From a virus (lineage: Duplodnaviria; Caudoviricetes), in IMG/VR virus record IMGVR_UViG_2865512620_000005, positions 481-64,480 of that record: 64,000 nt of DNA. One strand, given 5' to 3'. Shown piece after piece: positions 63,090-64,000 of the stretch (positions are counted from its first letter, which is position 1; the number at the start of each line of letters is the position of its first letter). The notes beneath the pieces were generated by a model. That model saw only the letters and a program-made list of their open reading frames with translations. It was not told the DNA's origin and did no database searches. Both the position numbers and the translations under genes were made by a program.

Positions 63090-63707
63090 CTAGGTCTTCG
63101 GGGAGATCGGCCATACCCAGGACATGTCCCCAACGATGAGCCTGAGCTCTTTCGCCGAGGCGGGGGCAATCACCGTTACGGTGCCCCGCATGCGAGTTCC
63201 CGGGACGAACGTCTGAAGTACGGCGTCGGCGTGCTCTGTGCAGGGCGACGCAATATCGAGGTCGCGATGCAGAACGCCATCGCCATCCTCGATGGCCCAG
63301 TTGTTGATACGCAGGGCGTCGGCCGAACCAGACCACTCAAGCTTGTTCGCTGCCTGACCATCAACCGAGTACCGCAGATATTGCTGCCCGGGAGCGAGCG
63401 GTGAAATCTGGTAGGGATCCGAGCACTGATATCCCGGTTCGATCGCCGTGACGGTGAACTCCAGATCGCACGGCGCGGTCGGTGATGGGCACCCGACACC
63501 GGCGCCTTCACCGATCGCTTTGAGCATCGCGCCGCTAGCGTCGCGTCGAGGCTCGCCCGTCGGCGCCACCGGCGGTTGCTCGGGCCCGCGTTCAGTGGTG
63601 ACCGTGACGGTGGTGGCCGCGGGTTGCTGGGTGGGCTGGCTGCAGGCAACAAGAAGCGCCAGCGCGGTGATCGCGGCGGGCACGGCGATGACGCGGAGGC
63701 CCGTCAT
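63090..63707 (-). CDS. Lipoprotein
   Basis: MTGLRVIAVPAAITALALLVAC lipobox, Thr/Pro linker, beta-rich domain. Confidence 0.7.
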   Translation of the reverse strand: MTGLRVIAVPAAITALALLVACSQPTQQPAATTVTVTTERGPEQPPVAPTGEPRRDASGAMLKAIGEGAGVGCPSPTAPCDLEFTVTAIEPGYQCSDPYQISPLAPGQQYLRYSVDGQAANKLEWSGSADALRINNWAIEDGDGVLHRDLDIASPCTEHADAVLQTFVPGTRMRGTVTVIAPASAKELRLIVGDMSWVWPISPKT

Positions 63708-64000
63708 GGGTAGATGTGGTACTGCGGCTGGCCCAGCGGCGTCGGTGGCCAGGCGTTCGGGTCGACGGGGTAGCAGCGGCCGACAGATGGCACCCATCCA
63801 GTGATCTGTCCGTACTGGCCGTTGATGGCCTGCGGCTGTGTCGAGAAACACCGGTCCCAGGTGCCGTCTGGACGGATCGGGCCGTCGCAGTACTGCGCGA
63901 ACGGCTGGGTCTCGCACCCGGCGCTGGACGGCGCGGCCAGCGCCAAACCGGCCGCCGCCAGGCCCCCTGCGACCAGCCCACCTGTGAGCCACCTGTACAT
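63704..64000 (-). CDS. Secreted CDGP-domain protein
   Basis: Signal peptide, then YCDGPIRPDGTWDRC. Confidence 0.75.
   Translation of the reverse strand: MYRWLTGGLVAGGLAAAGLALAAPSSAGCETQPFAQYCDGPIRPDGTWDRCFSTQPQAINGQYGQITGWVPSVGRCYPVDPNAWPPTPLGQPQYHIYP

Larger units (their letters stand above)
1..64000. mobile_element. Temperate siphovirus / prophage, nearly complete; att sites and genome ends not visible
   Basis: Ordered integrase, repressor, recombination/replication, terminase, portal, capsid, tail, tape measure and lysin genes; WhiB and lysin B point to a mycolic-acid-containing host. Confidence 0.95.

Overview
The window is almost entirely one high-GC temperate actinobacteriophage or prophage, most likely of a mycobacterial host. 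It begins inside a tyrosine integrase at the left edge. Left to right it contains: (1) a leftward integration/immunity cassette (integrase, DUF3263-like gene, ImmA/IrrE-type metallopeptidase, XRE-like repressor); (2) a rightward early operon (Cro, excisionase, YqaJ/RecT recombinase pair, RusA, C5- and N6-methyltransferases, DUF5131, ASCH, MmcB-like nuclease, WhiB, a Rep protein with an iteron array); (3) terminase genes split by an accessory island (res site, serine resolvase, HicAB) and followed by a low-GC HEPN-motif gene; (4) siphoviral head and tail genes, lysin A and lysin B; (5) leftward secreted/lipoprotein genes at the right edge. The strongest unexplained signals are regulatory. An exact PafBC-type (LexA-independent) DNA-damage promoter precedes a leaderless immA-DUF3263-int operon. 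A CAC-N10-YANNNT motif with the same geometry occurs 11 times in front of late genes. All family calls come from motif recognition by eye, not database searches.
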